A stretch of 58,148 bases of DNA, the filler included, from Jimgerdemannia flammicorona (taxonomy: Eukaryota): NCBI GenBank assembly GCA_003990765.1. It is 2 parts of 2 records of this genome, joined end to end, with 100 filler letters (N's around TTAATTAATTAA, not from the genome) between each part and the next. Parts side by side here need not be neighbours in the genome. Positions count along the whole stretch, not along the records: positions 29,126 to 58,148 come from RBNJ01000527.1; 1 more part is not named here. One strand, written 5' to 3'. Position numbers and translations under genes: made by a program. The notes under the pieces were generated by a model. The model saw only the letters and a program-made list of their open reading frames with translations, was not told the DNA's origin and did not search any database. Of this stretch, positions 38,331 to 49,936 are shown in pieces; the stretch's first letter is position 1; every line of letters begins with the position of its first letter.

Positions 38331-39329
38331 TTGTTAATATGAATAATAAAAGAGACTCAATTTAAGGGGAAGTTCTGCAAAAGTTGTGCCAAGATGTAAT
38401 TTGGATTCTCAACAATATGAATATTTAAAAATATTTCCAAAATATTTATGCAAAGGATAATAATAAGATCAGCTGAGGCCCAATAGAGAAGGGAAAGAGA
38501 AATTGGAGGAAAACTTTTATCAACAAGGACACCAAATATCTATACCGCAAAGTGAAAGGTTATGGATGGGGATGCCATTTTTTAATTTTGTATAATTTGA
38601 AAAATCTGAGTATTTATATGAGAGCTTAATATGTATTATTAAATTGAATAGGCAATTTGTTATAAAATATTTGAGATTATTAAGGGGCTTTTTACAATAA
38701 TAAGTCTGAATTGTAATGATTTAATATGATACTGCAATTGACAATACACTACAAATAATTTGCTTCATTTCCTCGAAATGGTGATGTCTATATCTCTCTG
38801 CCCCTGGAAATGTGTACAATATTAGCAACAAAATTATCTGTTGACTATCACTTAATATAATATAAATACATGAAAGCCCAGTCAGTATTCAGTTAGTTGG
38901 ACTCAAATATTATAAAACTATATCCAGAAAGTAGAAATTTAATGATGTAAAATTGTTTTCACTATTCAAAGCCAAATGAAGATCAATTAGATAGCTTTGA
39001 AGTGATACTCTGTCTTCAATGGGAGGCACAGACATCAGTGATTAGATTTAAGATTTAATTCAAATATAGTAATTATATAATTACTTATAGTTATTTTTGA
39101 AAGGAATTTCATGATACCATTCTGGACTTTCACTATTTCTGGTAAGTTGATTCAATATTAGTGAAAATTCCAAGATGTTCTCTGAAACAACAACCCCTGA
39201 CTGAATGATAAGGATAAAGTTTAGGAAAAGGTTCTAGTATAAATACTTCTATAGAACATTCCCAATGACAAATAGTAGTCAATAAATTTGAACAATTTTG
39301 ACTCATAACTTTAAATAATATAGCAAACA

Positions 39330-40534
39330 AAGCTCTATTGCAACAGATTTCTCTGGAGATTGTGGGTAATATTATGCAATACTTGATGCCCGATGGCATC
39401 ATCTCTCCTTTTTCACTCGACCTCTTCACCAGCTTGCTGGTCTGCAAGGCCTAGTATCAAGAGGCAATTAGGCTTTACCCATGTAATATTACAGTCTTTC
39501 CACCTCTGAATCTTGCAAAGGTTTTTGATATTATAAGGCTTGCCACCCTAATTGTGTATTCCAAATCATTAGATTTAAATTTCTACAAATGCTTAAAGGT
39601 TATCTACATTGATCTCACTCTTATCTACTACTGCGATATCTCTCACAGTGACTTTGAGCAACTTATGAATAGTATCAAAGATATTCTTTACATAATACCT
39701 CCTAACCTCATACAAATTATTGTAAATATGGCGAATGAATTACTATATTATGACTCCTCCAATACTCATTTTGCCCTCGATCAGCTTCATAGAATAAAAG
39801 AACAATGTGATATGATTTCAAAACTGTCTGTTAAAGAATGTTGAGTAAAAGGTACCTTCTATTTTGAAGACATTCTTGCTTCTCTCTCCTGGAAGGTAAA
39901 GACTTTATCTTTATCACATATGAAGACTTTTAGAACTTTAGAACAATACACAGCCTTGGATGACCTTTATCTCTATAAGGTCAACATTGGCCACTTATAC
40001 CATATTGCGAATAAGTAGTCAAAACTACAATTGTTTACTTATGTCAATGAGGGATCTTGTAAGTTGGAGGCAGTATTTTATACAATTGGTATCAGGTATC
40101 CAAACTTGACTTTTGTCTTGATCATCTCACAGAATTCCAATACTTCCCAAGCTTCAAGTGCATTATTTGGGTTTCTGTTACACAACTGTTTAAAAATCAG
40201 AACAATAATATTTTGCAACATTAACACAATTGATGACAGTGTATTAGAAGAATTGCTGAAGCTACTCATGCTCCAATTTGTGTATTTCAGCCACTGCAAA
40301 TTTATAGGAGAGAATACTGGTGTTGAATGCAAGAAGTACATTTGGTCAAAACTTCTAAAGCTTGTAATTCAAAATTGCCCTTTACTTTCACTAATATTCA
40401 TTGACAATATTGTTACTTAATGCAAAAGACTTAATGAAGTCATGCTCCTAATCTATTTTGAGAGTGATGAATATGATGTGAGATAAACAATTTTTCATAG
40501 CAGAGAAAAAGATAGATTCAGAAAGGCAGTCTAA
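39330..40534 (+). pseudogene. F-box/LRR paralogue of 35910-37163, inactivated by in-frame stops
   Basis: One frame (includes ORFs 39554-39844 and 40031-40420): ISLEIVGNIMQYL...LLVCKA*Y...VFPPL...DIIRL...NFYKCLKVIYID aligns with LPIELICEII...LVSKIWY...IFPPI...DITRL...DFHKDIRIVSVN. Confidence 0.8.
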
Positions 40535-40715
40535 AGGACTAGTGGGGATCATAGGAGAACAAATTACATATAAATATTTATATGTATATTCAAAATAAAC
40601 TACTTATTTGATTCCTCATTCTCTATCTCTTGATAACTGGCCTCTGGCAATAAAACAAAATTAACATTGTATCTTCTGCATTTTAGGTGGTGCTTTTCGG
40701 TTCTACCATATATAT

Positions 40716-40877
40716 GGGTTAGTCATAACAGAGATAAACCATGTATGCAGGTTGGTCATGATAGAGATAGACTGTGTGTATGAGTTGGTTATGATAGAGA
40801 TAAACCATGTACACTAGTTTGTTATATCTGAGATACCTGTACATGTGGGTTTGTCATGCTTGAGATAACCTGTATGC
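40716..40877. repeat. Minisatellite, ~33-bp unit x5
   Basis: Consensus approximately GGGTTGGTCATGATAGAGATAAACCATGTATGC, head-to-tail. Confidence 0.8.
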
Positions 40878-41287
40878 ACGTTATGTGTGAGATCTAAAAT
40901 CCTCATTGATGATCATCCCATTGATTTTCTATAGTACAGAAAGATTTTCATATAGAAAAGTAGCAAGCATAGAGATTGGATGTAATCTAAAAACAGGCAG
41001 CTTGCAGAAGTTAGAAGGTAAAAGAGATAGAACTCAAAACTCAAATATAAGAGACTATAACTTAGAGCTCATTTCCATTTTCTATGAATTATAACTTTGC
41101 TAAATGAGTTATTGTCTTTTAAGGAAATGAGATTGGCTCTGAGGTCTCTGAAGCTGAATATAATGCTGGCCACACTGTATCTCTCTGGTAGGTTCTATAG
41201 TATAAGCAGCAAGACTTATCATATAAATAGTACCTTGATTTATGTAATGATTGAAACTTTGAGGCTCTCCAAGTAGATTACAAATAT

Positions 41288-41433
41288 TGTAATCATGTGA
41301 TTTATGGTCCATGTCTATGGATCAGATGACCCTTGGCTTGAGATTCATAGAAGATATATACTATAATCTCAAAGAATTGTGTTAATCATATGATACATAG
41401 TCCATTGTCTACAGATCAGATGACCATGGCTTG
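41288..41433. repeat. ~55-bp imperfect direct repeat, two copies
   Basis: taatcat..gat..at.gtccat(t)gtcta..gatcagatgacc.tggcttg at ~41288-41341 and ~41377-41433. Confidence 0.7.
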
Positions 41434-43135
41434 TCTTTATCTCTTATATTAAATAAATTAAATTTTCTCTCATATTAAATAAACTCTTGACAAAAATAAT
41501 TATATTGATCTATAGTTTCAATGATAGCATTTAGAGAAATCAATCATCTATCTTGCATGTCAAAATTTATTAAAAAAAAACTGTAGTGAATAATAACTCA
41601 ACTAATCCTTAATATTCATATTTATCTCTGGAAGTATTTTGAATCATCCATATAGTTATGTTTTTTGTTTTGTTTTTTGTTTTTAAATAAACTTTTATGG
41701 TAATTTTTGCCATTCATAATATTTTAACAAATAATTTATCTATCTATTGTGATATTAAACATTGATGGTTTTATATTAGAATCTCTAATAGGACCCTTTT
41801 CAGTAAGACATTTATGAAGTCTACTAAAATACTCTAAGTTGAATTTTTTCAGCTTATTAAAAGAAAGGTTACAGATATTCTATAAATTCACTTTGGTACT
41901 CAAAATTTGGTAGATATAGGAAACCTTTAGTACAAAACCTCTTGTATTTATAAGGAGAACTTTTGCCTTCTTTGGAGTAATTGAATTCATAGATAGTGAT
42001 AGCATCAACATAATGTTATTCTGGAGCACAAGATGTAATACTCATAGTGAAATGTTGTTGGAACTCCTCAACTTAGAGTAGTGATATCAGAAATGGTAGT
42101 ATGCAGTTGTAATGTTGGAGTAATCACTCTTTGGGAGAATACAAACTATATTTTGCAAAACTTCCACTGTAGTCTTCATATGGTATCTAAATGAATCATC
42201 ATTGGTAAGATGGAACTTTGGAATTTTAAATTGATAGCTTCTAATGCTATTTAACATTATTTTAATTATGGTCAATATATATCTCCATAAATAATTTTTA
42301 GTTACTACTATAAGCTAATGATCCATCAATAGTACAAGATTATTCAATATCATTATACAATATTTCCATTAGACTGATGCTTCTTTCCTGGCTTTCAAAA
42401 GCTCTCTAACTATTACTAGTAAGGCTTCCAGAACTGTAACTTTGTTTCTCACTACCAATGACAAGCCTTCCCACCTCTCTCAGAAAATCTTTTCACCTCT
42501 ACAATATGCTGTCAATAGGTGTCTTTATGAACCTTGGGTATCTGTAAGTAGTTCAGATTATACTGAAGAAAGAACTATCATCAAAGGTAATTTGGAAATT
42601 GCCACCATACATTTTCAACCTCACTCACTCATAGTCTGTCTCCTCCAGTAACCTTACAACTGATGTAATGTTTCATGTAATAGTAATAGAAAAATCAATA
42701 TCTGGAGATCCTGTGGATTATATTTCAGTAGTGAATTGCATTATTAGAATTCTACAATATAGTCATTATATAAAGACAGATATGGATTTATAATTCATAT
42801 ATGCTGAGAAGCTGACAAACAACAGTATTAGTTAGAACAAATAAGATTCAGGAGTTGGAATACAGCATTGGGAAAACACCAATCAGATTATACTATAAGA
42901 TAAAGAATATATTATGCTATACTAATAGAATATGATAAACATGAAAATAGTCTTTTAAATCTAACCTAATTCACTTTTCAAGAGGTTGTAAGTTTTGATT
43001 TATAAGTATGCCCAGATTTGCTACTCCTCTTACAGTTTATCAATTATTTTCTAATTGATGCACACTCATTCTGATAAAAAAGGTAGCATAGATCAAGGTC
43101 AAGCAGAATCAAGTAGAATCAAGCATAGTTGTGGA

Positions 43136-43174
<39 letters not shown>
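43136..43174. repeat. (ATT)n microsatellite
   Basis: About 13 perfect ATT units. Confidence 0.95.
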
Positions 43175-43235
43175 GAGATATTTTTTTATCATATTATATA
43201 TATATAAACTACTTATTTACTTGCAACCTATCTAT

Positions 43236-43713
43236 TGTAATGTAGCGGATGCTTACTCTTGAAAGTACGTCAGATTTCTGTATCTTGAAAACTTGACTGT
43301 TCTGACTCTCGCAGAGTCTCTTGAAGTGGCAGGGGAGGGTGGGTGAGTTCGCAGTGTATCTGCCTGCAGGCTTATTAGTTCCTTTACTATCTCTTTTGCT
43401 TTTGAACTATTTCGATCTGAGGTTTATTCACTCAAAGATACTGGGTTATTTATACAAGTTTGCTAGCTATGAGAGGGTGGCTAAGTAATAAATGAGTCAT
43501 TTGGACTTTGTCGAAACATTTGGACAATGTCTAAACACTATACTAAATCGGGGTATCTGATTTGGATAATGTCTAAAATTTAGACAATGTCTAAGAAATT
43601 AGACAATGTCGAAATCGAGAACTGCTAACTATAATGCTATACTACTTTGGGAATGGGTGTGATCAAGTGTCTATTCCCTATTTCCTTCTTCCAAATCTGG
43701 CTGTACCATCACA
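43236..43713 (-). repeat. E4 3' LTR
   Basis: TGTAA...TCACA; TATAAATA on the minus strand at 43447-43454; direct repeat of 49461-49936. Confidence 0.95.
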
Positions 43714-43750
43714 ACTTCCTCCTGAATGGATGGTCTTGTCCCTGAGGCAT

Positions 43751-44212
43751 CTATTCAAACTCCCAGGCTTCAATGGTCTGTATGGTCTTGTACTGTGCAA
43801 TTTGCTGCATGACTGTTTCCCAATGATGTCTTCTTACTTTCTCGAAGTCAGTAGGAGTTACTCCTCTCAGATGGTCTATTGCTGCTTCATCTTCTCGGAA
43901 TAACTTGTGGATCCTTTTGGCAATAGTGATCTGTGAGTAGGAGAGTTGACACTCGGCAATCCAGTCCTCTTTGGTCTTTGCTGGATCCTGATTGAGCACC
44001 TGTCCAAGCTTGAAGTACTCTTGGAATTCTGCCCGATATTGATAGGCTCTAAAGTGAGAGATCCAAGAGAGATGAGTCTGCACAATACTCTGAATATCCT
44101 CATAGTATAGCTCTATGGTCGGAGGCTTGGTGGTGTGCCATTGTCTTTCAATGGCTCTTTGGGTAGCACTAGTGATCTTGAGTGCCATCATGGTACTTTT
44201 GTTACTGGCCAT
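43751..44212 (-). CDS. E4 ORFX: intact 153-aa accessory protein of unknown function between integrase and PPT
   Basis: Uninterrupted ATG-to-stop ORF; looks soluble and helical with no signal peptide or TM segment; motif similarity to the E1, E2 and E5 ORFX. Confidence 0.8.
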   Translation of the reverse strand: MASNKSTMMALKITSATQRAIERQWHTTKPPTIELYYEDIQSIVQTHLSWISHFRAYQYRAEFQEYFKLGQVLNQDPAKTKEDWIAECQLSYSQITIAKRIHKLFREDEAAIDHLRGVTPTDFEKVRRHHWETVMQQIAQYKTIQTIEAWEFE

Positions 44213-44214
44213 GA

Positions 44215-47200
44215 TATTTCTTGAGTCAGTTTCAGTGAATGGTAGTGGGGATTATTGTGCCTGAGGGTTTTCATAGCCAAAAGGTGGTCCCTTTTATATC
44301 TTGCACAAGGTAAGGTCCTTCCCACTTGGGCTCCAGTTTTCGTGACCATGAAGCTTCTACCATGTTCCAATACACCAGGACCTTATCTCCTATCTTGATA
44401 ATCTCCAAGGGCTTGTGGATCTTTTCTGCATTCCTCCATTGTAGTGTCTGTGCCTTGGTTATGTAATCCTCAGCCTTCTTCCTGATTTGGTGTAGTCTCT
44501 ATATTTTTATGTCCATATGTTTCCATACAGCATCTCTATTGGATGATAGGGTTCCTTGAGAACATTCTTCTCCAAACAGCATTTCTCGAGTGGTAAAGTG
44601 GGTGCCTTGTGATCGGATATCCCGGAGAGCAGATAATGCTATTGGCAGATAGTGATCTCAGTTCTCATAGTTATCACAGATCTTGGCGATAACATTCTTG
44701 AGGGTTTTGTTGGTCCTTTCTACTTGTCCATTTTCTTGGGGGTGATAGGCTGTGGTCTGAATGTGCTAGATCTTGTACTTCTTGTAGAGAACCTCAAAGA
44801 GCTGGTTCACGAATTCTGTTCCTCTATCTATAGTTACTTATGTTGGGGTCTTGAACCGGCAGATGATTTCCTTGTGGAAGAAATCGGCGATTGACTGTGC
44901 ATTGGCTTCCTTGAGGGGTCCTGCTTCTATCCACTTCGTAAAAAGGTCTATGATGATAATAATGTATTGGTTACCAGTTAGGGTCAAGGGTAGAGGGCTG
45001 ATTACATCCATTGCTATATGGGCAAATGGTACTGGTTCTATGTGTGCTGATCCTGGGGCTTGATTCCATTGGTCTTGTTTCTGTTTCTGGCATTTGTCGC
45101 ATGTTTTGCTGAATTGTCTGATATCTTCCTCCATCCCTGGCCACCATATTGTTCTTCTTACCTTGTCATGTGTATTCATTCCTCCTAGGTGGCCAAGTTC
45201 ATGTACTGATTTCATCGCTTGCTCCTTCTTGTGTTCTGGTATGACCAGTAGTTTTCCTTTCTTCAGTATTTCTCTGTCGGTTTCGAATTGTTTCCATATC
45301 CTGTTGATAATCATTTGTGTCCATTCTTTCAGATGTTGGGGCATCTTTCACTGTCCCAGGTATGTGATGATTCTGTAGTAGAGCTCCTTATTTATGATTG
45401 ATTTGTTGGTTGGAGGTCTGTGAGAGAGCATCTGCATTGGAATTTGTTCTTCCAGGGCGGTGCATGATGGTTACATCATAGGCTTATAACTTCATTATCC
45501 ATCTGGCATAGATTCCCTTGGGTTGTCCAGTTATCAGTAGCTAGGTGAGAGCTGAGTGGTCCATCTGGATGGTGAAGTGTCTTCCGGCCAGATAGTAGTG
45601 GAACTTTTCCACAGCCCAGATGACTGCAAGGCATTCCAACTTGTAGGACTCATATTCTTTTTCAGTCCCTCAGGTTCCACAGCTAAGATATGCAATGACA
45701 TACTCTTTTTTGTCTTCTTTTTGAGCCAGGACTACTCCTAGTCCCTGTGCACTTGCATCCATCTGAAGGATAAATTCTTGGGTCCAATTGGGTCATCTGA
45801 GGATGGGTGCCTGAGTTAGTCTGATCTTGAGTTCGTCAAATGCTTTTTGTTGTCTGCCAGTCTACTGAAACTTGGTATCCTTCTTGTTGAGTTCATAGAT
45901 TGGACCTGTGATGTTGGAGAATCCTCTAATGAATCTGTAATAGTAGGAGGCAAGTCCCATGAAGGCTTGGGCTTCTGTAACAGTAGTGGGCCTTGGGTAT
46001 ACTGCTACTGCTTGTATTTTGAGAGGGTCTGTGTGTGTTCCATCTCGATTGATAATATAGCCAAGATAGGAGATCTCGATTTCTGCAAACTTGCACTTCT
46101 TGGGTTTGATATAAAGGTCATATTGTCTTAGTCTCTCCATTATCTGCTGTATGTACTGCAGATGTTCCTCAGGTGTCTTGCTGTAGATGATTACATCATC
46201 GATATAGACCATCATCTATCTTCCCATGTCATAGTAGAAGATTTTGTTCATCATTCGCTGAAAGCTTGCTGGTGTATTGCACATTCCGAATGGCATTCGT
46301 AGGTAGATGTAGGTTCCATCTGAAGTGATGAAGGCTGACTTTTCACTTGCCATTTCTGTGAGTCCGATTTGGTGGAATCCTGAGTATAAGTCCAGGGTGC
46401 TGTAGTACTGTGCTTCATCTCCCAGTATTATAAGGATGTCACTGATAAGTGGCAGTGGTTGACAATCCTTCTTGGTAACTGCATTGAGCTTTCTGTAGTC
46501 GACACAGAGCCTTGGGGCAAATTCTCCAGGTTTGTTTCCTTTTTTTGGGGCTAGTATGACTGGTGAAGACCAGAGGCTACTGGCTTCTTTGATGATACCA
46601 GCTTCTTCCATCTGCTTGATTTCTTCTCTGAGCCATTCTCAGGAGGCTGGCAGGACAGGTCTTGCCTTCTGGTAAATTGGTTCAGTGTCTCCAGTATCTA
46701 TCTCATAATAGTAGTGTGGGGTCTTTCCCTTGATATTCTTGAAATCCGTGGCAAGGACATCCTCGAATTTGTGGAGTATTTTCTTGAGTTCCTCCTTGAG
46801 TGGGAATTTGTCTCCAATGGTATAACTGTGCTTGCTCGTGTTTTCCTCCTTCTTATGCTTGAGTTTAGTGATCTTGGTGCTGGCAAATACTCCTCTTCCT
46901 GTGGATCCGAATCCTTTCTTTCCTCTTTTCATTTCCTCCAGATTCTTGACTTCTATGATCCTTGGCTGTATGATTGAGAAGATCAACATCTGTGCCAATT
47001 GGTCCTTCTTCTTGACTGGGAATGGAATTGTAGGATTGTGGTTCCTAGCAATGAGTAGAATTTCTCCAGTATAGTCTGAATCAATGACTCCTCCTTCGAT
47101 TGTGATTTCACTTCTAGCCAGGCTGCTTCTTGTCTTGAGAATCCTGACATGATTCTTTGAGATGGTCATCTCTAGTCCAGTTGTGAGTAGGGTGGTTGTC

Positions 47201-49348
47201 TGGGGTTCAAGTACAGTATCTTCCACTGTAGCGATGTCCATTCTGGCTGTGTTTTCTGACTTGTATTCTGGCAAGACTGTATCAGGGTGGATCTTTCGAA
47301 TCTTGACCTTGATTTCTTCTTCATCATCACTGTCCTCTAGGAGGGCTGGTGGTTCATCATCTTCCTCCTTCTCTTCTTCCCTGATCTGTTTTTCGAGAGC
47401 TTCCTGGCTTCTTTTCTGGTAGATCTTCCTGGTTCTGATGGTGCACTGGTAGCAATCATTGATATGCTCCATACAGTACATCTTGATTCCATGAGGACAG
47501 ACTCCTTGTGGGGCATAACCTTCTGTGATCTTCTTGCACCATTCTTCTTCACTCATCTATCCAACTTTCTTCTTCTTTGGGGTAGTCACTATATAAGCTT
47601 CCTCTTGCTTACTCTCTTCTTCCTCCATATCGGGCAGGACTCCTTTGTTGATGTTGATGGGAATTTGTATCTTCTGTCCCCAGTAGATGATCTGCATCTT
47701 CTGAGCATTGAGATCGATTACTGCCTTGGCTTTGTGAAGCCATTGATTGCTGATGAGGATGTCATAGTTGGTGGCATTGGTTACGATTACATCTACTGGG
47801 ATTGTTGCTCCTCCAATCTTGATGGGAACATCTTGGATCTTTCCCAGAGGTGTGGCTCTTGTGCTATCAGCTGTGATGAATACTAGCTTAGTTGCTTCTT
47901 CCACATCCCAATCTAGGCAGTCTGCTGCCTTCTTACTAAGGAGACATCCTCCTGCTCCTGTGTCAATGATGGCTTTAAAGACTTGATCCTCAATTTGGCA
48001 TATTGCATAAGCAGAGGTTTTGCGATTGTCCTCACTTTCTTCTCCTGAGTCCTCTTGAACATTATTGGCCTCAGTTATCTTCCATCCTTGTTCCTTGGTT
48101 GTTTTGGCAAGTCCAAACCTCATTTGCTGTCTGAATGTTGGGATTTCTGCGAGCTGACCAAAGGTTGCATTGACCTTTTATTGACTGAGATCCTTGAAGA
48201 TATCATACTTGAAGGTCTTGGTCTTGCGAAGCTTCTTTTCTTTTTCTCCTTCACTGGCTGGAGTGGTTCCTCAGATGATATCTTGAACTGCTTGCTCCAG
48301 CTTGATATCCTGGTCCATCTCTTCAGCTTGGCTTTCTGTGTCAGTTTCCATCTGCTTTTCCACTGGGTTCTTCTTGGGTCTTCCTGGTGGTCTCTTGTAG
48401 GGTTCTTTGCAAGCATCCTTCTTGGTGGTCTGAGCAGGATAGGCCTCCCATTCCTCTTCAAAGGTGATTGTATTGGCCTGCTCCTTGTTTTGTGTGGCAT
48501 TGCTTAGTTGAGCCTTGCATTTGGTTTCACTCATACATTCATAGGAGTAGTGGTCTTCTTCTCTGCAGCTGTAGCAGGTACCTTTCTTCTTGTCTGAGGT
48601 GGTGGTAAACTTCTGAACAGGGTGGCAATCTCTTCCTCTGATTTCCTTTACCATATCTCCCAGGTGGGCGGTCATTTCAGCAAACCTTTTGGTGAGTTCC
48701 TCCATAGGGTCACTGTTCTTTTGCTGCTCTGTAGCTTTTGACTGAGGTGTGTTTCAATTGATCATTGTGGTGGGGATCATACTGGTTGTCTCGGGTACCT
48801 CGATTCTGACTCCTGTAACTCTCTCCATTATATAGTCTCATGGATGTCTGGCTATCCAGTATCGCTGAGCATAGGTGACCTTTTGTGGCAGATCCAGAAT
48901 CACTGGTGATGAGCAGATGGCCATGGCTATTTCTAGATAGACTCCTTTCATGAAGGTTACTTCGGCTACTTGATCTCGGATAGTAGCAGCATAATCTGCA
49001 AGGATTATCTGATATTGAATTCTGGTATAGAATGTGTTTGGATTCTCACTCATTCCTTGGCACGTTGTGTTGAGCTGATCCTTCAGGGCTTGCTTGATCT
49101 CGTCTGTGTAATATGTGTTTCGGAGCCAGGTCTTCTGTGCCATCAGTATGGCATCGGCATCATTTCCTGCATGGGTTGCGGCTGTGAATGCTGCTCTGGC
49201 AGGGCCTCATAGGCTGAAGGGCATGAGGCTACTTGCTATGCTGCTGTCAGAGTCCTTACAGCAGCATACTGCTCAAAATCGTCAATGAAGGTGATGATTG
49301 ATTCATCTGAGGTATATCCATGGAATACTAGTGGTCTCATATCCATCT
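44215..49348 (-). pseudogene. gag-pol: E4 gag-pol, with nonsense lesions
   Basis: CYSCREEDHYSYEC; IIDTGAGG; ORFs 47557-48123, 46639-47556, 46216-46611 and 45862-46215 share one frame, separated by single TAG/TGA codons; YIDD; IN HHCC and core in 44838-45344; WEGPY ~44320. Confidence 0.93.
46880..47315 (-). pseudogene. dut: dUTPase domain of E4, between PR and RT
   Basis: TARMDI, TGLEMTI, TRSSLA, GGVIDSDYTGEI, DQLAQMLI, RGKKGFGSTG. Confidence 0.95.
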
Positions 49349-49460
49349 TGTCTGGGTATTGGGGCTCAGTTTGTATGGTTGTTCAGATAGTGGTAGTTGT
49401 TTATTGTTTAGCTTGAAAGTGAGGAATTCGTCTTGAATCACCAGCCAATGGGCACCAAGT

Positions 49461-49936
49461 TGTAACGTAGTGGATGCTTACTCTTGAAAGTACATCGGAT
49501 TTCTGTATCTTGAAAACTTGACCATTCTGACTCTCGCAGAGTCTCTTGAAGTTGTAGGAGAGGGTGGGTGAGTTCGAAGTGTATCTGCCTGCAGGCTTAC
49601 TAGTTACTTTGCTATCTCTTTGCTTTGAACTATTTCGATCTAAGGTTTATTCACTCAAAGATACTGGGTTATTTATACAAGTTTGCTAGCTATGAGAGGG
49701 TGGCTAAGTAATAAATGAGTTATTTGGACTTTGTCGAAACATTTGGACAATATCTAAATGCTATACTAAATTGAGGTATTCAATTTGGATAATGTCTAAA
49801 ATTTAGATAATGTCTAAGGATTTAGATAATGTCAAAATCGAGGACTGCTATCTATAAGGCTATACTACTTTGGGACTGGGTGCGATCAAGTATCTATTCC
49901 CTATTTCCTTCTTCCAAATTTGGCTGTACCATCATA
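49461..49936 (-). repeat. E4 5' LTR
   Basis: Direct repeat of 43236-43713, adjacent to the PBS. Confidence 0.95.

Larger units (their letters stand above)
43236..49936 (-). mobile_element. E4: full-length non-chromoviral Ty3/Gypsy element (6.7 kb) with ORFX
   Basis: LTRs at 43236-43713 and 49461-49936; 4-bp TSD CTAT; PBS TGGTGCCCA (49449-49457, minus); PPT AGGAGGAAGT (43714-43723, minus). Order: gag CCHC, PR, Cys/His module, dUTPase, RT, RH, IN (GPY). Confidence 0.97.

Noticed and set aside
40716..40877. 33-bp repeats as a CRISPR array
   Set aside because: The units are head-to-tail and degenerate with no unique spacers; there are no cas genes and the context is eukaryotic.
43751..44212. 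ORFX as a retroviral envelope gene
   Set aside because: It has no signal peptide, transmembrane helix or fusion-protein pattern, and it is too short.
44215..49348. In-frame TAG/TGA codons in pol as stop-codon reassignment or programmed readthrough
   Set aside because: The stops fall at positions expected to be Trp, Arg or Gln, all three stop types occur in the window, and they differ between repeat copies. Transition mutation explains them.
49449..49457. Assigning a specific primer tRNA to E4
   Set aside because: TGGTGCCCA fits several tRNAs, or a CpG-decayed Lys PBS (TGGCGCCC); the host tRNA set is needed to decide.
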